This document shows, one piece after another, positions 42,335 through 43,895 of a stretch of 43,895 bases of DNA. How positions within the stretch are numbered: the stretch's first letter is position 1; every line of letters begins with the position of its first letter. A program made the translations under genes and the position numbers. The notes below the pieces were generated by a model. That model ran no database searches. It had not been told where the DNA came from and was given only the letters and a program-made list of their open reading frames with translations. Source of the DNA: a virus; the UHGV virus genome UHGV-0356621. One strand, given 5' to 3'.

Positions 42335-43524
42335 CTGAAGGGCTCTCCGATGATCTCTTCAAGATGGCTCTGCCAAACGCGGAGCCAGTGTTTCTGATCA
42401 TCGATATAGTCATGAAGGTTGTAATGCGCCATAACCCCCACCATCTGATGCCCGAGCAGCTTTTCAATTACGTGCGGCGGGCAACCTAACTCAGAGAGAT
42501 TTGTGGCTATCGTCCGCCTCATATCATGAAGCGACCACTCTGCCATACCTGTTCCATTCCAAATAGAACGGGCGTAATTGGATGCCACAGGTGAATGAAC
42601 GGGCGAATCTTTGATCCCGCCATCAATTTTACGTTGTGAAGTCACCAGGTGATTGGTGTTTATTTTCTTGAGGTGATTTCTGACCAGGTTAACGGCGGCG
42701 TCTGAGAGTCCCCTTCTAATATGTACCCGAGTTTTATAACTGCCCGCAGGCACGACCCACTCATTATCATCCAATCGAAACCATGATCTCTCACTAAGTC
42801 GAATCTCAGCCGTACGGCATCCGGTAAGCATAATAAATTTCACCAGGAAAACGGACTCTATCGACATATGGCTTTTCAACCACTGATAGATTTTGCGCAG
42901 ATCGTCATCGTCCATCCTGCGAGTTCTCTTTTTAGGCTTTTGCCCGACATCAGATGGCAGTAATCCCTCGAGTGGGTTTGAGGCGATCACACTTCTGTTA
43001 ACGCAGAACCTAAACGCCCGTTTGCACAGCGAAAGCATGTAATGAGCCATCACCCTGCTTTCTATAGAATCGAAGACGTTGATCCAGTGCATTTTCGCTG
43101 TGTTATCGACTTTGACATTCTTCATCGGTTCGGCGATATGTTTCTCAAACACCTGGCGATAGTAATCGACTTTAACTAGCCCGTTAGCGATACAGTGCCT
43201 TTCAATCCAGTAATTGAACGCTTCGGCAACGGACATCGCTTCCTGTCGGGTCTGCTTATCCAGCTTCACCTGCTCTCGCGGATCCAGTCCCTCAGTTAAC
43301 CAGTTTCTGAATTGTTGGCGACGCTCTCTTGCCTGGGTGATACTCATTGCAGGATAATCACCAACATTGAGTTTTACCGCTTTACCGGCCCAGCGATACC
43401 GATAGAAAAATGATATTTTTCCGGCCTGGCTGATTCTGGCGTTGAGCCCGTGCGAATCAGAAATAATCTCGATATCATCTCTTTTCTTGCCGAGCGCCTT
43501 CCTGAGCTTTGTGTCGGTGATCAT
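42331..43524 (-). CDS. int: Tyrosine integrase, P4-like (DUF4102 N-terminal arm-binding domain)
   Basis: [10 protein letters not shown]...[35 protein letters not shown] is the P4-type N-terminal domain. The catalytic region carries R (GCRTAE), HDMRRT, and LGH...Y (HYNLHDY). The start is taken at the conserved MxTDTKLR. Confidence 0.9.
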
Positions 43525-43530
43525 TGAATG

Positions 43531-43570
43531 GGTACACATTTTTGTTTTTGGGTACACAAAAGTGTACACA
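43531..43570. repeat. Three TGTGTAC(C/A) words upstream of int (GGTACACA at 43531-43538 and 43551-43558; TGTACACA at 43563-43570)
   Basis: Read directly. They lie within 50 nt upstream of the int start codon. Confidence 0.8.
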
Positions 43571-43729
43571 AAGTTGCCCACTCAAAGCTACACGCAATGT
43601 AACACTAGTTCGCAGAGTGTTATGGTTTACATCCTTGAAAGCCTGCTGGATAAGGGTTTAGCGTAACAGAACGTTTTTACGCGGAATTGTTCGTAATATG
43701 CCAAATGACAATTTAAGAAAGTGTTCTAA

Positions 43730-43895
43730 TTTATTAGAAATTTGAACTTAAATCAAAAAGTTACGGACAATCCAACCACCAATCAATAAATTAAAGGGCA
43801 CATTAAAGTACACAAGATTTGTGCCCTTCTCTGTTTCTTTCCCGTTATCAGCTAGCTGGAAACTTTTTATACAGAGTTGAGAGCCCTACTCCATA
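43730..43895. repeat. Terminal direct repeat, copy 2
   Basis: Same sequence as 1-166 with 2 mismatches. It contains the 3' end of an invertase reading frame (43848-43895) that would continue beyond the window. Confidence 0.95.

Larger units (their letters stand above)
1..43895. mobile_element. Complete temperate phage/prophage genome (lambdoid regulation, contractile tail); one 43,729-bp unit plus 166-bp terminal redundancy
   Basis: Unbroken series of phage modules (tail, head, packaging, lysis, Q, nin, replication, immunity, recombination, xis/int). The window ends are direct repeats of each other. No host-like genes are seen. Confidence 0.9.

Noticed and set aside
43582-43729. Search for a tRNA 3'-end fragment marking attP
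   Set aside because: No T-arm/acceptor-like sequence (GGTTCGAAT-type) was visible here or in 1-118. The attP position therefore remains an inference from gene order only.

Overview
The whole 43,895-nt window is a single temperate phage genome with no recognisable host flank. It combines lambda-like regulation with contractile-tail (myovirus) morphogenesis. The two window ends repeat each other (1-166 = 43730-43895, two mismatches), so the window is one 43,729-bp unit plus a terminal redundancy.

Minus strand, left to right:
- Hin/Gin/Pin-type DNA invertase (119-667).
- Tail-fibre assembly protein and two different tail fibres.
- Baseplate genes, interrupted by an AT-rich lipoprotein moron that has its own terminator (7327-8049).
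- Tape measure protein with a lytic transglycosylase domain.
- Tail chaperone with a clean A_AAT_TTT -1 frameshift.
- Tube, sheath, neck and head genes, portal, and large and small terminase.
- KilA-N protein.
- Lysis cassette: dual-start holin, GH24 lysozyme, overlapped Rz/Rz1.
- A phage tRNA-Asn(GUU) sitting between two terminators.
- Antiterminator Q.
- Nin region: NinB, NinE, lambda-type phosphatase and NinG, plus a free-standing HNH endonuclease.
- A translationally coupled accessory block, then P and O replication genes, cII and cro.

Plus strand:
- cI, flanked by mirror-image operator/promoter sets (TTTAGC-N5-GCTAAA).
- About 560 nt of non-coding pL leader with no N-type gene.
- An AT-rich convergent gene pair and small early genes.
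- Bet and a near-lambda Exo, split by an inserted homing-endonuclease-like gene.
- An AlpA/Xis-like gene converging on a P4-type integrase.

Items most worth follow-up:
- The N-less structured pL leader with a boxA-like element.
- The lipoprotein moron inside the baseplate operon.
- The invertase with no visible invertible segment.
- The imperfect terminal repeat.
- The palindrome array in terS.
- The atypical tRNA-Asn.
- The two endonuclease insertions.

All function calls rest on reading the translated ORFs and on motif memory. No database search was run.
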